Positions 1-9,912 of a DNA stretch of 63,879 nucleotides are shown here, in pieces. Made by a program: the position numbers and the translations under genes. The notes beneath the pieces were generated by a model. The model was given only the letters and a program-made list of their open reading frames with translations. It ran no database searches and was not told the DNA's origin. The first letter of the stretch is position 1, and each line of letters starts with the position of its first letter. Source of the stretch: a virus (lineage: Duplodnaviria; Caudoviricetes); the IMG/VR virus record IMGVR_UViG_3300044971_001666, positions 1 through 63,879 of that record; one strand, written 5' to 3'.

Positions 1-639
1 TTTTTTCGAGTGAGCTATACAGTTGAATAGTTGCAGCGCAAAAATACCAGTATATAATAGTGTATAATAAATTGGACAGTTAGAAGAGTGTGTTGTTGGT
101 TGTTAGTTAATTCTAACATACAAGTTAGACACATCTAACATTTATATTTTACTAGTATAACAAATAATTTAGGATTATAAAACATATTACTATTACTAAT
201 CAAACAACATATAAACCTTTTACCTTTGTGAAACGAACATAACACAAAGGTAAATTTATATATATATACGTTGTAATGATGTTTTAAATAGTTTCCTTGC
301 CTTACATTCACTTTACAAATATTATTTATTAGAAGCAAAGCAAAGCAGCAAGAAAAATAAATTTAACCCGCACGACTAACGTTAGGGGGGGAGTATCTTT
401 TTATTTGTATCGGTTTGCGCTGTGAGGTAGTGGTAGCCAATCACACCTACCCGACATATAATTTCGTTAATAACAGCCAATGAGATTACCCTCGTATATA
501 ATTTATTATTACTTACTAAACCATACTTAAAAAACAATCATGTTCAAAAGACTATAACTTTAGTTCATTGAAAATCAAACCATTCCGCATAAACTATTCA
601 GTCATATAATAATCTATATTTTATTACTAAAAGTATTCA

Positions 640-647
640 TATCTTTG
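640..647 (+). promoter_or_regulatory. Bacteroidota-type -7 promoter element (TAnnTTTG)
   Basis: TATCTTTG 17 nt before the ATG at 665; matches the Bacteroidota sigma-A -7 consensus. Confidence 0.6.
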
Positions 648-664
648 AACCGCAATAATTAACT

Positions 665-1201
665 ATGAGTAAACACACCCCTAACGTATTGAAAGAAGCT
701 AAATCACCTTTTATAGAAGGATTAGTAATACCTATGTATTTGAGAAGCCATGTAGAGGAAACAGTTTCGTTGGATAAGATAAAGATAGGAAATGGAGTTA
801 TAACTGAAACAGGAAAGGTAACGAAGACTACTAAAGGTTATCCCGTTGAGAAGGATAGGAGTATTCATTTATACTATGAGAATAGTGGTGAAGATTTAAG
901 AATAGTGTATGCTTCAATATCTAAAGAGGGTCGTTGTCTTTTTGATTACATCATGTTTCACTGCTTGAGGGAGAATAAAATGTTATTCTATATAGACACG
1001 AAAGACTTCATGGATAAGTACATGATAAAATCTAGGACAACGGTATGGAATAGTAAGAACGATTTAGTTAAACTAGGTTTGATTGCAGCTACTTCGGTTC
1101 AGGGTTGGTATTGGATAAATCCTAAATATGTGTTCAGAGGATTTAGAAGCAAGTTGAAAGAGTTGGAAGGGAATTTAAGTTACTATAAAAAAGAAAGCTA
1201 G
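665..1201 (+). CDS. RepL-like HTH DNA-binding protein
   Basis: C-terminal HTH-like segment (SRTTVWNSKNDLVKLGLI) followed by YWINPKYVFRG, resembling the RepL/RepA_C 'Y-INP--F-G' motif. Confidence 0.55.
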   Translation: MSKHTPNVLKEAKSPFIEGLVIPMYLRSHVEETVSLDKIKIGNGVITETGKVTKTTKGYPVEKDRSIHLYYENSGEDLRIVYASISKEGRCLFDYIMFHCLRENKMLFYIDTKDFMDKYMIKSRTTVWNSKNDLVKLGLIAATSVQGWYWINPKYVFRGFRSKLKELEGNLSYYKKES

Positions 1202-1204
1202 ATT

Positions 1205-1549
1205 ATGATAGAAATAAAATTCCGAGCGTGGAGCGCAGAAAGCACAGACGAGAACGATAATCCTATTTTTGAAATGATAGAAGCAGATTCACTTGCAATA
1301 TCTAATTACGATTTATTGTGTGAGCAACTTAAAGACACAGAAAACTTTAAGCTAATGCAATTTACGTGTATGCTAGATAAGAACGGAGTAGAAATCTATC
1401 TTGGCGACATTGTTAAAACTAAGAAACGAGTAGGCGTAGTAAAGTTTAGTAATGGCGGTTACAATATAGACGGTTGGGCTTTATCTTTTTATTCAGAACA
1501 CCACGAAGTTATTGGGAATATTTATCAAAATTCAAATTTAATCAAATAA
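1205..1549 (+). CDS. YopX family protein
   Basis: IKFRAW ... LMQFT ... DKNGVEIYLGDIV ... EVIGNIYQN. Confidence 0.9.
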   Translation: MIEIKFRAWSAESTDENDNPIFEMIEADSLAISNYDLLCEQLKDTENFKLMQFTCMLDKNGVEIYLGDIVKTKKRVGVVKFSNGGYNIDGWALSFYSEHHEVIGNIYQNSNLIK

Positions 1550-1553
1550 ATAT

Positions 1554-1736
1554 ATGAAAAGAATACTATGTTGGTTTAGGAGTTTCAAGACTTTAGAAAC
1601 AGTAAAAGAAGCACAAGATTTAGAATTACACTTTAGGCGCAATATCTTTGGCGATGAAATAAACCATATCAACTGCCGAAGTTTATGGAATGATAAATAT
1701 TGGAATATGTATAGATGTAATGAACTTAAAAAATAA
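1554..1736 (+). CDS. hypothetical protein
   Basis: ORF packed in operon, overlapping next start. Confidence 0.6.
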   Translation: MKRILCWFRSFKTLETVKEAQDLELHFRRNIFGDEINHINCRSLWNDKYWNMYRCNELKK

Positions 1737-1954
1737 TGGCTGACTACTATTTAGAAGAAACCGAACTTACAGAAAAACTGTTCAACTTAGACGAGATACT
1801 TAAATTTCAGCTAGAAAACGATGTTCAGATAATTCGTGGCGAAGATTATCAGTACGTCTGTTACATTAACGGAAAAGGTTATTCAACTGCATTGACACCT
1901 ATGTTTGCTTTAGTGAGTGGGATAAAACAATTTAAGAAATTAATTACTAAATAA
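1736..1954 (+). CDS. hypothetical protein
   Basis: ORF with TAATG coupling. Confidence 0.6.
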   Translation: MADYYLEETELTEKLFNLDEILKFQLENDVQIIRGEDYQYVCYINGKGYSTALTPMFALVSGIKQFKKLITK

Positions 1955-1968
1955 ATTATATTCGCACT

Positions 1969-2787
1969 ATGGAATTTTCTTTAGAACTAGATAAATCAGA
2001 TGGTGAAAGCCTATCATTCTTAGATGAAACGAGTATATATGCAAGTGTGAAAGGTACGAGGTTTGTGTTTCAGAAAGATATTACTTCGATTAGTGGAGAA
2101 GTTATAGTAGGTGGAACTTTAGAAGCCTTTTATAAATACATCAAGACAAGTGGTAGTTCACAAGTTTATGACGGTAAGACAATCGGGGTGGGGGGTATCT
2201 TTATTCCTAGAGCCGATACGACTGTATTGAGTGGGGATACCTTTGAGTTCTTAAACGCAACTGTAAAACCATTAGGGTATTTACCTAGTTTAACTCCCTT
2301 GACAATAGTTCCTAGCGACTTGTATTTGACTGATACAATATTCCCTAATGATGTTTACGCTTTACAATACGAAACTTATGCAGATACAACACCTAGTACC
2401 TTAACGACAGTAGTTGATGAAAGTCAGTATATGGTAGTAGGAGCAGGGACTTGTGTTTATAACGGGAACACTTATTACGAGAACGAAGTCTTTATAGCTA
2501 CTACTAATGGGGTAGTAAGTTTTACAGGAAGTGCTAATTTAAAAGTTCTGTTAGACAGTAGAAATAAATTCTTCACTTTTAATTGGATTCTTACACAATA
2601 TTTCTATCAGTTAGTTTTAGAGAATATTGGAAAATGCTGCGAAGAGAATGAGTTACTAATGAATAAAATTCAATCTAAGTTACTCGCTTTAGAATGGACA
2701 AATTATACACAAGAAATCAGTATCAGTAAATCATTACAAACAATGAATTGGATAGAGGAAAAGATAACTGACTTACAAGATTTATAA
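1969..2787 (+). CDS. putative structural protein, paralog of 4254..5078
   Basis: shares TRF, PSDLY/PTDLY, F-D--Y/F---YE and a late Cys pair with 4254..5078; lies beside a fiber gene. Confidence 0.55.
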   Translation: MEFSLELDKSDGESLSFLDETSIYASVKGTRFVFQKDITSISGEVIVGGTLEAFYKYIKTSGSSQVYDGKTIGVGGIFIPRADTTVLSGDTFEFLNATVKPLGYLPSLTPLTIVPSDLYLTDTIFPNDVYALQYETYADTTPSTLTTVVDESQYMVVGAGTCVYNGNTYYENEVFIATTNGVVSFTGSANLKVLLDSRNKFFTFNWILTQYFYQLVLENIGKCCEENELLMNKIQSKLLALEWTNYTQEISISKSLQTMNWIEEKITDLQDL

Positions 2788-2799
2788 TCTAATAGACTT

Positions 2800-3111
2800 A
2801 TGAGAGATGAAGCACAAATATTAACCGTAATTCTAAATGCCAAAGCGTTTTTTACCAAAGAGGTTCAGAATATAGCAACTATTTTAGAAACTAGACTACT
2901 GAATGAGGGTGAGCAGTTAGCTGAAAAAGAACTCCAATCTTTGAGTATAGCAATTCAATCAATCGAGAACGGTTACTTGACTTTAGCCCAAAAGAATACG
3001 ATGGCAGACTATATTATGCAGCAAAGTTGGTACATAGACTTATTGCTTGGACAAAGTTATGTAGAAAATAATTATACAGTAGGAAATGATTATGTTGTTT
3101 TTAGTCAATAA
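2800..3111 (+). CDS. hypothetical protein, paralog of 5603..5827
   Basis: LTLAQKNTMADYI vs LTDLQKNTILDKL. Confidence 0.55.
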   Translation: MRDEAQILTVILNAKAFFTKEVQNIATILETRLLNEGEQLAEKELQSLSIAIQSIENGYLTLAQKNTMADYIMQQSWYIDLLLGQSYVENNYTVGNDYVVFSQ

Positions 3112-3128
3112 ATAACTATTTTTGTAAA

Positions 3129-4244
3129 GTGGATGCAGTAGAACTTTTATTCAGAATTGCCAAAGGAGAACCTTTAACAGATTTAGAATTAGATGATAAT
3201 TTTAGAAAGCTAAAAACTGCTGTAAACTTCTTGCTAGAAGAATCGGAAACTCCAATCTCAACAGCCATTAGGGGTGAGATAAAACTTTTTAGTGGGGCTA
3301 GTCTTCCAACGGGGTATCTTTGGTGTAATGGGGCAGCAGTAAGTAGAACAACTTATGCTAGTTTATTTGCAATTACAGGGACAAAATTTGGCGTAGGGAA
3401 CGGAACAACAACTTTTAATCTACCCGATTTTAGGGGAGCAAGTCCAATGGGTTCAAATCCAATGGGAGCATCCACAAAAGTAGGTATATCCACAAGAACC
3501 GATGGTGCAATAGTAGGTGCGGAAACAGCAAATGCAAACCACAACCATACAGCTAGTGGCTTATTAGCAATAGAACCATTGAGTTATACGCCAAGTGGAA
3601 CAGTAGTGGTAGCTAACTATACGGGGAATATAACACCGAGTATTACTACTACAATTGCCCCCGTAGTATTATCAACAACGCCAATAGGAACAGTAGCAGT
3701 AGCTAATTATAGTGGTAGTGTAACACCAACAATAACAGTTGCTTCCGTAGTATTGTCAACAACACCTACGGGTTCAATAGAATCAACAACAACCCTTACA
3801 GCAGCAGAAGTATCAATAGATGTAGATGGAGAAACGTGTGTCAGTGTAAGTATAGCAGAAGCTACCGAGAGTGTAATGGATTGCGTAGAACTTACTATAA
3901 GCACAGACAAGATAATAGCTGCAATAGAAGCAACAACGACTTCGGTATTTACAGGAGATGCCGATGATTTGGCACATACTCACACCGCAACATCAAGCGC
4001 AGTAAGTTTGAATCATGGACACACCGCAACATTTACAGGAACTTCTGATGATTTGGCACACTCGCATACAGCAACATCTAGTTCTAGTACAATTAGTTTA
4101 AATCATGGGCATTCAGCAACCTTTACAGGAGCAAATGTTAGTTTTATACCCGAAGGCACAGCAGAAATAACCGTTGACTCAGAAGCATTAGCAGTTTCAA
4201 CAATTCAACCAAGTCAAGTTTGTAATTTCATTATTAAGTATTAG
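3129..4244 (+). CDS. tail fiber with phage tail-collar domain and HxH repeats
   Basis: GEIKLFSG..LPTGYLWCNGAAVSRTTYASLF...TTTFNLPDFRG collar motif; HNH/HTH/HGH/HSH repeats; C-terminal QPS..CNFIIKY. Confidence 0.9.
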   Translation: MDAVELLFRIAKGEPLTDLELDDNFRKLKTAVNFLLEESETPISTAIRGEIKLFSGASLPTGYLWCNGAAVSRTTYASLFAITGTKFGVGNGTTTFNLPDFRGASPMGSNPMGASTKVGISTRTDGAIVGAETANANHNHTASGLLAIEPLSYTPSGTVVVANYTGNITPSITTTIAPVVLSTTPIGTVAVANYSGSVTPTITVASVVLSTTPTGSIESTTTLTAAEVSIDVDGETCVSVSIAEATESVMDCVELTISTDKIIAAIEATTTSVFTGDADDLAHTHTATSSAVSLNHGHTATFTGTSDDLAHSHTATSSSSTISLNHGHSATFTGANVSFIPEGTAEITVDSEALAVSTIQPSQVCNFIIKY

Positions 4245-4253
4245 ATTTGAAGC

Positions 4254-5078
4254 ATGGCAACAGAGTTAGAAATATTAGTAACACAAGATTTTGCAACAGG
4301 AGATGTTGTAAGAATTGACGACATCACAGCGAATTACACGTCAGTTATAAACGCTACAAGATTTTTATTCTCAAATTACAGCAAAGACTTATTGGTAGAT
4401 ACCGATGTTACAAAATGTATCAGTAACGTAGAGTATGAAGTAACGGGGAGTGGGGCAAATACAGTAGTTGTAGATACCAAAACTTTTGTTTTAGGAGATG
4501 TGTTTACCTTAATGATAGACGCAACACCCGTAATAGGAAGTGGATTAAAATTAGCCGAAACAGGGAGAGTAGTAAGTTTCAGTACCTTTTTACCAACCGA
4601 CCTATATAAAGAATTTAGCCCTAGTGAGTTTGGAGTAAACGACTTAGTGTTTAATGATAGTTCTTTCAAATGTACTTACGAAGTATTCGATACAGCAGTA
4701 ACCGCAGGTGCAGGAATTGCTGCGGGAACATACATTGTAAAAACAGGAACAGCAGTAATCGGAGCAGCAACTTATAGGGCGGGAGAGGTGATAATTAAAA
4801 CTTCAACCTTTACTCTAGCAAGTGGAACTATCTATTTACTAGATGAAAGTCAAGAATTTGTATTTCCATTGTATTACAACGCCTTACTAGCAAGAAACGA
4901 CATAGCTAATGCCTATGTAAGACAAGGCTGTAATTGTAAAAACGAATTAGAATTAAAGCTATTTAAAATAGATAACATTTTAGAAGCAATAAGATATAAC
5001 TTTGAGGAAGTAATCAATTTAGATTATAGCGGAACTCAAACAATGCTTGACCAAATAATAGAAATTTCAACTGAATAA
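4254..5078 (+). CDS. putative structural protein, paralog of 1969..2787
   Basis: see 1969..2787; beta-rich Thr/Val/Gly composition. Confidence 0.55.
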   Translation: MATELEILVTQDFATGDVVRIDDITANYTSVINATRFLFSNYSKDLLVDTDVTKCISNVEYEVTGSGANTVVVDTKTFVLGDVFTLMIDATPVIGSGLKLAETGRVVSFSTFLPTDLYKEFSPSEFGVNDLVFNDSSFKCTYEVFDTAVTAGAGIAAGTYIVKTGTAVIGAATYRAGEVIIKTSTFTLASGTIYLLDESQEFVFPLYYNALLARNDIANAYVRQGCNCKNELELKLFKIDNILEAIRYNFEEVINLDYSGTQTMLDQIIEISTE

Positions 5079-5101
5079 TATTCAAAAATAAAATATAAAT
5101 T

Positions 5102-5599
5102 ATGGAAAGAGGCTCATTAGAAACTATAAAACTTGTAAAGAATTTACAAAACTTAAATCCAATATTACAAGATTTAATGACAATAAATGACGAAATAAAC
5201 GATTTTATTGAAGTTAAAACATATAGTCCAATTTGGACAGGAGCAGGATTAACTTATTCTTCTAACCCTGCAACTGGTTCTTATGTAAAAATAGGAAGAT
5301 TAGTACATTTTACTATAAATATAATTTGTACTAATGTAACTAATTTTGGAACAGGACAGTATTCACTAACACTTCCATTTATTCCTTCTGTTCAATATGC
5401 TTTTAGAGATGGACAAATTTTTGATGATTCGGCTAATCAGCATTATAGAATATTAGGGGAAGGTGTTCCCGCAACAACTACTATGCTTTTATGGTATGGT
5501 GGTACAACTAATGATTTAGCATTTAAGTTTAATACTCCCGTAAATCCACTTGCTGTTGCAGATGATTGGTATGTTTCGGGAACATATATTATTGAATAA
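5102..5599 (+). CDS. tail fiber/spike-like protein
   Basis: YSPIWTG...GSYVKIGRLVHF...YSLTLPF...VSGTY pattern of fiber C-terminal beta domains. Confidence 0.65.
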   Translation: MERGSLETIKLVKNLQNLNPILQDLMTINDEINDFIEVKTYSPIWTGAGLTYSSNPATGSYVKIGRLVHFTINIICTNVTNFGTGQYSLTLPFIPSVQYAFRDGQIFDDSANQHYRILGEGVPATTTMLLWYGGTTNDLAFKFNTPVNPLAVADDWYVSGTYIIE

Positions 5600-5602
5600 A
5601 AT

Positions 5603-5827
5603 ATGATTAGGCAACAAGCAGAATTTGACGAACAATTATTAATAGTAAAGAGAAAGATTACTACTGAATATTACTTGATTGCCAACAAAAGGAAAAAGGG
5701 CAAAATAAAAGACATTCCTCTTAATGTAAAAATCAATTTGATTGGAATATTAGAGGACAATGAACTAGGAGATTTTTTAACAGATTTACAAAAAAACACA
5801 ATTTTAGACAAACTTATATGGGACTAA
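5603..5827 (+). CDS. hypothetical protein
   Basis: ORF in operon; similarity to 2800..3111. Confidence 0.55.
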   Translation: MIRQQAEFDEQLLIVKRKITTEYYLIANKRKKGKIKDIPLNVKINLIGILEDNELGDFLTDLQKNTILDKLIWD

Positions 5828-6195
5828 AAACATTATTTACACAAGCGTTTCCGCAGAAATTGAAAGATTATTATGATGCGAAAATTTCAGCGTTAGAGTT
5901 TAATAAAGCAAACACAGCAACGGGAGCAGATTCGGTTACTTTAAACACAACAAGTGGAGTAGCTATTTTTACAGATAATTGTGAAATAGCCCCCTCTTGG
6001 ATAGAATATTTAATAAACAATTCACTAATAACAAGCAGTTCTTTAGTTAGTGTGAACGTCCAAATCGGAACCACTGGAGGGTACTGTTCTTTAGTTAATG
6101 TAAATTGTTCACTTGGGCTTATTACAGTAGCAATAAACGATGGTTTTACAGGAAGTGCGACAAACCCAATAGTAACTTTTACAATCTTAGGGTAG
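5818..6195 (+). CDS. putative structural (fiber-like) protein
   Basis: VTLNTTSGV...INNSLITSSSLV beta-rich motif. Confidence 0.5.
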   Translation: MGLKTLFTQAFPQKLKDYYDAKISALEFNKANTATGADSVTLNTTSGVAIFTDNCEIAPSWIEYLINNSLITSSSLVSVNVQIGTTGGYCSLVNVNCSLGLITVAINDGFTGSATNPIVTFTILG

Positions 6196-6199
6196 TGAA

Positions 6200-6454
6200 A
6201 TGAACAACAAGGATTACTTTTTAGGCAAAGGGAAAATATCTAAGAATAAAAAGTTTGTAAATATTTCTATAAACAAAACTAAGTTCGATAAACTTCATGC
6301 TGACGAAAAGGATTTAATACACTTAACAATAGGAGAAATAAAAGACACCGATGAAAGTTCGGAGTTTACACACTATGTCGGTCTTGACCGAATAAAACAA
6401 AAGTTAAAGGAAAATGACATTACAAGATACAATAAACTACTTAACCTCCCATAA
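6200..6454 (+). CDS. small hypothetical protein, possibly nucleic-acid binding
   Basis: FVNISI...IHLTIGE...FTHYV beta pattern; function inferred only. Confidence 0.4.
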   Translation: MNNKDYFLGKGKISKNKKFVNISINKTKFDKLHADEKDLIHLTIGEIKDTDESSEFTHYVGLDRIKQKLKENDITRYNKLLNLP

Positions 6455-6782
6455 GGACAGTAAAGTAAAAGAAGGCGGAGAATTACTTAAACAAGTATTC
6501 GAGAACCCTTATTTAGAAACATTCATTACGTTAAAAGAAACAATAGCGTTTTGGAACAAGGAGATTAAGGAGAAAAAGCCATCAATATTTATTGAAGTAG
6601 TTGATATGGGTGAGAAGATTGCCTATGTAGATAATTTCAAAAACCCCTCTAGTTATATGGGTGATATCGGAAAGCTAATTAAATCAATGGAAGAAATCAA
6701 AAAACATTTACTTCCTAGTGAGTTAATTCAAGCAGACGAACACAAGCCTAAACAAATGGAAGAAATCATGTTAAGAAAATAG
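6414..6782 (+). CDS. possible terminase small subunit
   Basis: helical 122 aa ORF immediately upstream of large terminase (position only). Confidence 0.4.
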   Translation: MTLQDTINYLTSHKDSKVKEGGELLKQVFENPYLETFITLKETIAFWNKEIKEKKPSIFIEVVDMGEKIAYVDNFKNPSSYMGDIGKLIKSMEEIKKHLLPSELIQADEHKPKQMEEIMLRK

Positions 6783-6783
6783 T

Positions 6784-9700
6784 ATGATAGGCGAACCTCT
6801 AATAATAAAGATTGGTGAAGAAAAAGTAGATGGAGGAGTTGTTTATTATTACGAAACACCTCCAATGCCACAGCTTTCTACTATGCTTAACTTTGGACTT
6901 GACACTAAAGACCAAAAGTTTAATCGTACAGAAATACCTGAATGTTTTGGAGATTTAAACGACTTAGGAAACACTAAGATTATTCGTGATGAAGACGGGA
7001 ACGCTTTACTTAATAAAGAACAGCAAGATTTTGTTATTCAAGAAAGAGATAGGATTATAGACGGTTGTTGGTATTTAATTAAAGGCAAACCAATTTATTT
7101 TACTGGCGACAATTACTTCTACCTAAACTATTGGTGGATTGGAGCAGAGAACGAAGATGGTTATCCTGATTTTAGATATGCTGATTGTAAATATTTTTAT
7201 TTCGCTGACATAGTAGATAAAGATTCCGATGTATTCGGTGGTTTATTCGTTACGGGCAGGCGTTTTGGTAAAGCATTGTGTTTAGAAACAGATATTCCAA
7301 CACCTAATGGTTGGGTAAAAATGAAAGACTTGAATCTTGGCGACATGGTATTTGGAAGCGATGGATTACCAACTAAGGTAACTTTTGTTTCTGATGTAAT
7401 GGAAGACAGAACTTGCTATAACGTAAAACTGTCTGATGGAAGTATTATAAAAGCTGACGCAGACCATAATTGGCTTGTTAGCGGAAGACAAGAAAAAAGA
7501 AAAAATACAGGAGGAAAAGTTCTTACAACACAACAAATAGTTGACGAAGGTGTACTAAAAACAAGACATGACGGAAAATTTGAATCAAGATATTCTATTG
7601 TAAATGCAAAACCCGTTCAATACGAGAAAAGAGAACTAAAAATACCGCCTTATATACTTGGTATTTGGCTTGGTGACGGTGCTTCTGACTATACAAAACT
7701 TACTAATGTTGACCAACCGATAATTGATAGATGGATTGAGTACGGTAAAAGTATTGGACTTTCTTTGAAAATGGATGGTGGTATTACCTATATGCTTACG
7801 GGCGGTAGAGATGATAATAATGCAGTTTTTAAAGGACAGAATACTTTATTGAACTATTTTAGAGAGTACAACTTAATCAAGAATAAGCACATTCCACAAG
7901 ACTACATGATTTCATGCGAAGAAGATAGAATGGAATTATTGAGAGGATTGTTTGATTCAGATGGATATGTTAGTAAAAACGGAGTAACTTATTCGATAAC
8001 TCAAAAACGTAAAGTATTATGTGAGCAAATATTAGAATTAGCGTCTAGTTTAGGCTACAAAGCTACTCTTACAGAAAAATATGTAAAATATTGCGACACT
8101 ACTTATTATATAGTAACATTTGGGACTAGAGATAGAACGCCTTTTACGTTACCGAGAAGATTAGAAGTAGTTAAAGAAAGACTAAAAGTAGCTAATGGTG
8201 GTTGGAGATTAGACCATAGATATATTGTTGAAATTGAAAAGTGCAAAACAGTACCCGTTAAATGTATTCAAGTAGATAATGCCGACCATACCTACCTTTG
8301 TACTAGAAACTATGTAGTTACTCATAATACAGAAAAAGAGTTGTGTCGTGTTTACCGAAAAGCAATAACAAGCCAAAACAAGATATTTGCCTTAATGTCT
8401 TTAACCAAAGACGAAGCAAAAGAGAACCTATTTGCTAAAATAGTGAGGAGTTGGGATGTAATGTTTGAGTTTTTTAAACCTAAACATAGCGGAACAACAA
8501 GACCTACCGAAAGTTTAGTGTTTTCAAGACCTCCACGCTCGTCAAAAAAGGAAAGAATAAAGCAAAAAGAGCAAACCTTTTTAAATAACGTAATTGGAAC
8601 AAGGTCAACAAAAATTGCAGCCTTGCAAGGGAAAAAACCATTCTATACATTCTTAGACGAGGGCGCAACCATTGATGAAATGGACTTAACTAAATTTTGG
8701 AGTACATCAAAACAAGCCTTAGCTTTAGGTGGTGGAAAGAAAATTATAGGAAAGGTGATGATGCCTTGTACGTTAGAGGAAATGAACCCTAAATCGGGCG
8801 AAAGGTATTATACACTTTGGAAGCAGTCAAACGTAAATCAACTAACCCTTAATGGAAGAACAAGTAGTGGACTAATAAGATACTTGAAGCCTTATTGGGA
8901 AGGATTAGAAGGATTTATTGATGAATATGGATTTGACCTAAAAGAAGCAGCAATTAAGTTTGTAGAAAACGAATATCAATCATTTTTAGACAAAGGAGAA
9001 CTTGACGAAGCTGTACGATACAGAAGACAGTTTCCAAGAAACGCCAACGATGCCTTTAATATAGAAACAGGAACAGGAATTGAAGAAGATTGTAAAATGA
9101 TACTTCAAGACGTGCTAGAAAAAGCTAATGATGGGTTATTTCCCGAAAGACCTTGTGAAATTTACGAAGTAGATGGTGAAGTAAGGACTAGAAATTCCAA
9201 GCCGACCAAAGATTGTCTATACATTATTGAAGAACCCGAAGAAAACACCGAGTATGTAATAGGAATAGACGGTACAGCAACCGATAAAGCAAGTAGTGGC
9301 ACAGACCCCAAGAATAAGAAGTCAGATTTTGCCATTGTAGTAACAAAAAAGCTAAAAATAGGTGGAAGAAGTTACTGCGAAGTAGCCTATATCTCACGAA
9401 TACCCGTAAATAAAGACGATATGTTTAGAATATCTTTCCTTCTTTACAAGTATTATAACGTATTTGGAAATTGCAAAGTAAGCCCCGAAGCAAATGCGGG
9501 AAATATAAGTCCAATATTCTCATATTTTACTAATAGAGGAGCAAAAAGAGCATTAATTCAAGAGCCTAAGTACGTTGGAACAGACAGTAAAGAAGTAATG
9601 TCAAGATATGGATTTGTGAGAACGGGGAAAATGAAAGAAGCGCAAATTTACCTATTAAATATTCAGATTAGACTATTTGGACACCATTTTAGGTCAAAAA

Positions 9701-9909
9701 GATTAATAGAAAACATCATAAAAACGGGCGTAGAGAACACCGATTTAAGTGATGCGTTCCAAGCAGCCCTAGTAGGTTGGGGAAATTTCGGAAACATAGA
9801 ACACAAAGAAGCAGTAAACAACGACAGATACAGACAGTTGAGAGCGAATAGAATTTTCAACCAACAAACAGGACAATGGGAAAAAGTAGAAGTTAAAAAA
9901 TCAGCATAA
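6784..9909 (+). CDS. terL: terminase large subunit containing an intein
   Basis: Walker A GRRFGK/T split by intein, Walker B TFLDEG, nuclease YVIGIDG and DLSDA; upstream of portal. Confidence 0.93.
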   Translation: MIGEPLIIKIGEEKVDGGVVYYYETPPMPQLSTMLNFGLDTKDQKFNRTEIPECFGDLNDLGNTKIIRDEDGNALLNKEQQDFVIQERDRIIDGCWYLIKGKPIYFTGDNYFYLNYWWIGAENEDGYPDFRYADCKYFYFADIVDKDSDVFGGLFVTGRRFGKALCLETDIPTPNGWVKMKDLNLGDMVFGSDGLPTKVTFVSDVMEDRTCYNVKLSDGSIIKADADHNWLVSGRQEKRKNTGGKVLTTQQIVDEGVLKTRHDGKFESRYSIVNAKPVQYEKRELKIPPYILGIWLGDGASDYTKLTNVDQPIIDRWIEYGKSIGLSLKMDGGITYMLTGGRDDNNAVFKGQNTLLNYFREYNLIKNKHIPQDYMISCEEDRMELLRGLFDSDGYVSKNGVTYSITQKRKVLCEQILELASSLGYKATLTEKYVKYCDTTYYIVTFGTRDRTPFTLPRRLEVVKERLKVANGGWRLDHRYIVEIEKCKTVPVKCIQVDNADHTYLCTRNYVVTHNTEKELCRVYRKAITSQNKIFALMSLTKDEAKENLFAKIVRSWDVMFEFFKPKHSGTTRPTESLVFSRPPRSSKKERIKQKEQTFLNNVIGTRSTKIAALQGKKPFYTFLDEGATIDEMDLTKFWSTSKQALALGGGKKIIGKVMMPCTLEEMNPKSGERYYTLWKQSNVNQLTLNGRTSSGLIRYLKPYWEGLEGFIDEYGFDLKEAAIKFVENEYQSFLDKGELDEAVRYRRQFPRNANDAFNIETGTGIEEDCKMILQDVLEKANDGLFPERPCEIYEVDGEVRTRNSKPTKDCLYIIEEPEENTEYVIGIDGTATDKASSGTDPKNKKSDFAIVVTKKLKIGGRSYCEVAYISRIPVNKDDMFRISFLLYKYYNVFGNCKVSPEANAGNISPIFSYFTNRGAKRALIQEPKYVGTDSKEVMSRYGFVRTGKMKEAQIYLLNIQIRLFGHHFRSKRLIENIIKTGVENTDLSDAFQAALVGWGNFGNIEHKEAVNNDRYRQLRANRIFNQQTGQWEKVEVKKSA
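7273..8328 (+). mobile_element. class-3 intein (352 aa) with LAGLIDADG homing endonuclease
   Basis: starts ALCLETDIPTP, ends VVTHN followed by T; block B DHNW, block F VKCIQV, block G THN; LGIWLGDG and LRGLFDSDG motifs. Confidence 0.92.
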
Positions 9910-9912
9910 ATC

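Noticed and set aside
135-338. 67-aa minus-strand ORF
   Set aside because: Non-ATG start in low-complexity AT-rich DNA with no recognisable motif.
3129-5599. Diversity-generating retroelement acting on fibers
   Set aside because: No reverse transcriptase and no template/variable repeat pair differing at adenines; the repeats are in-frame protein duplications.
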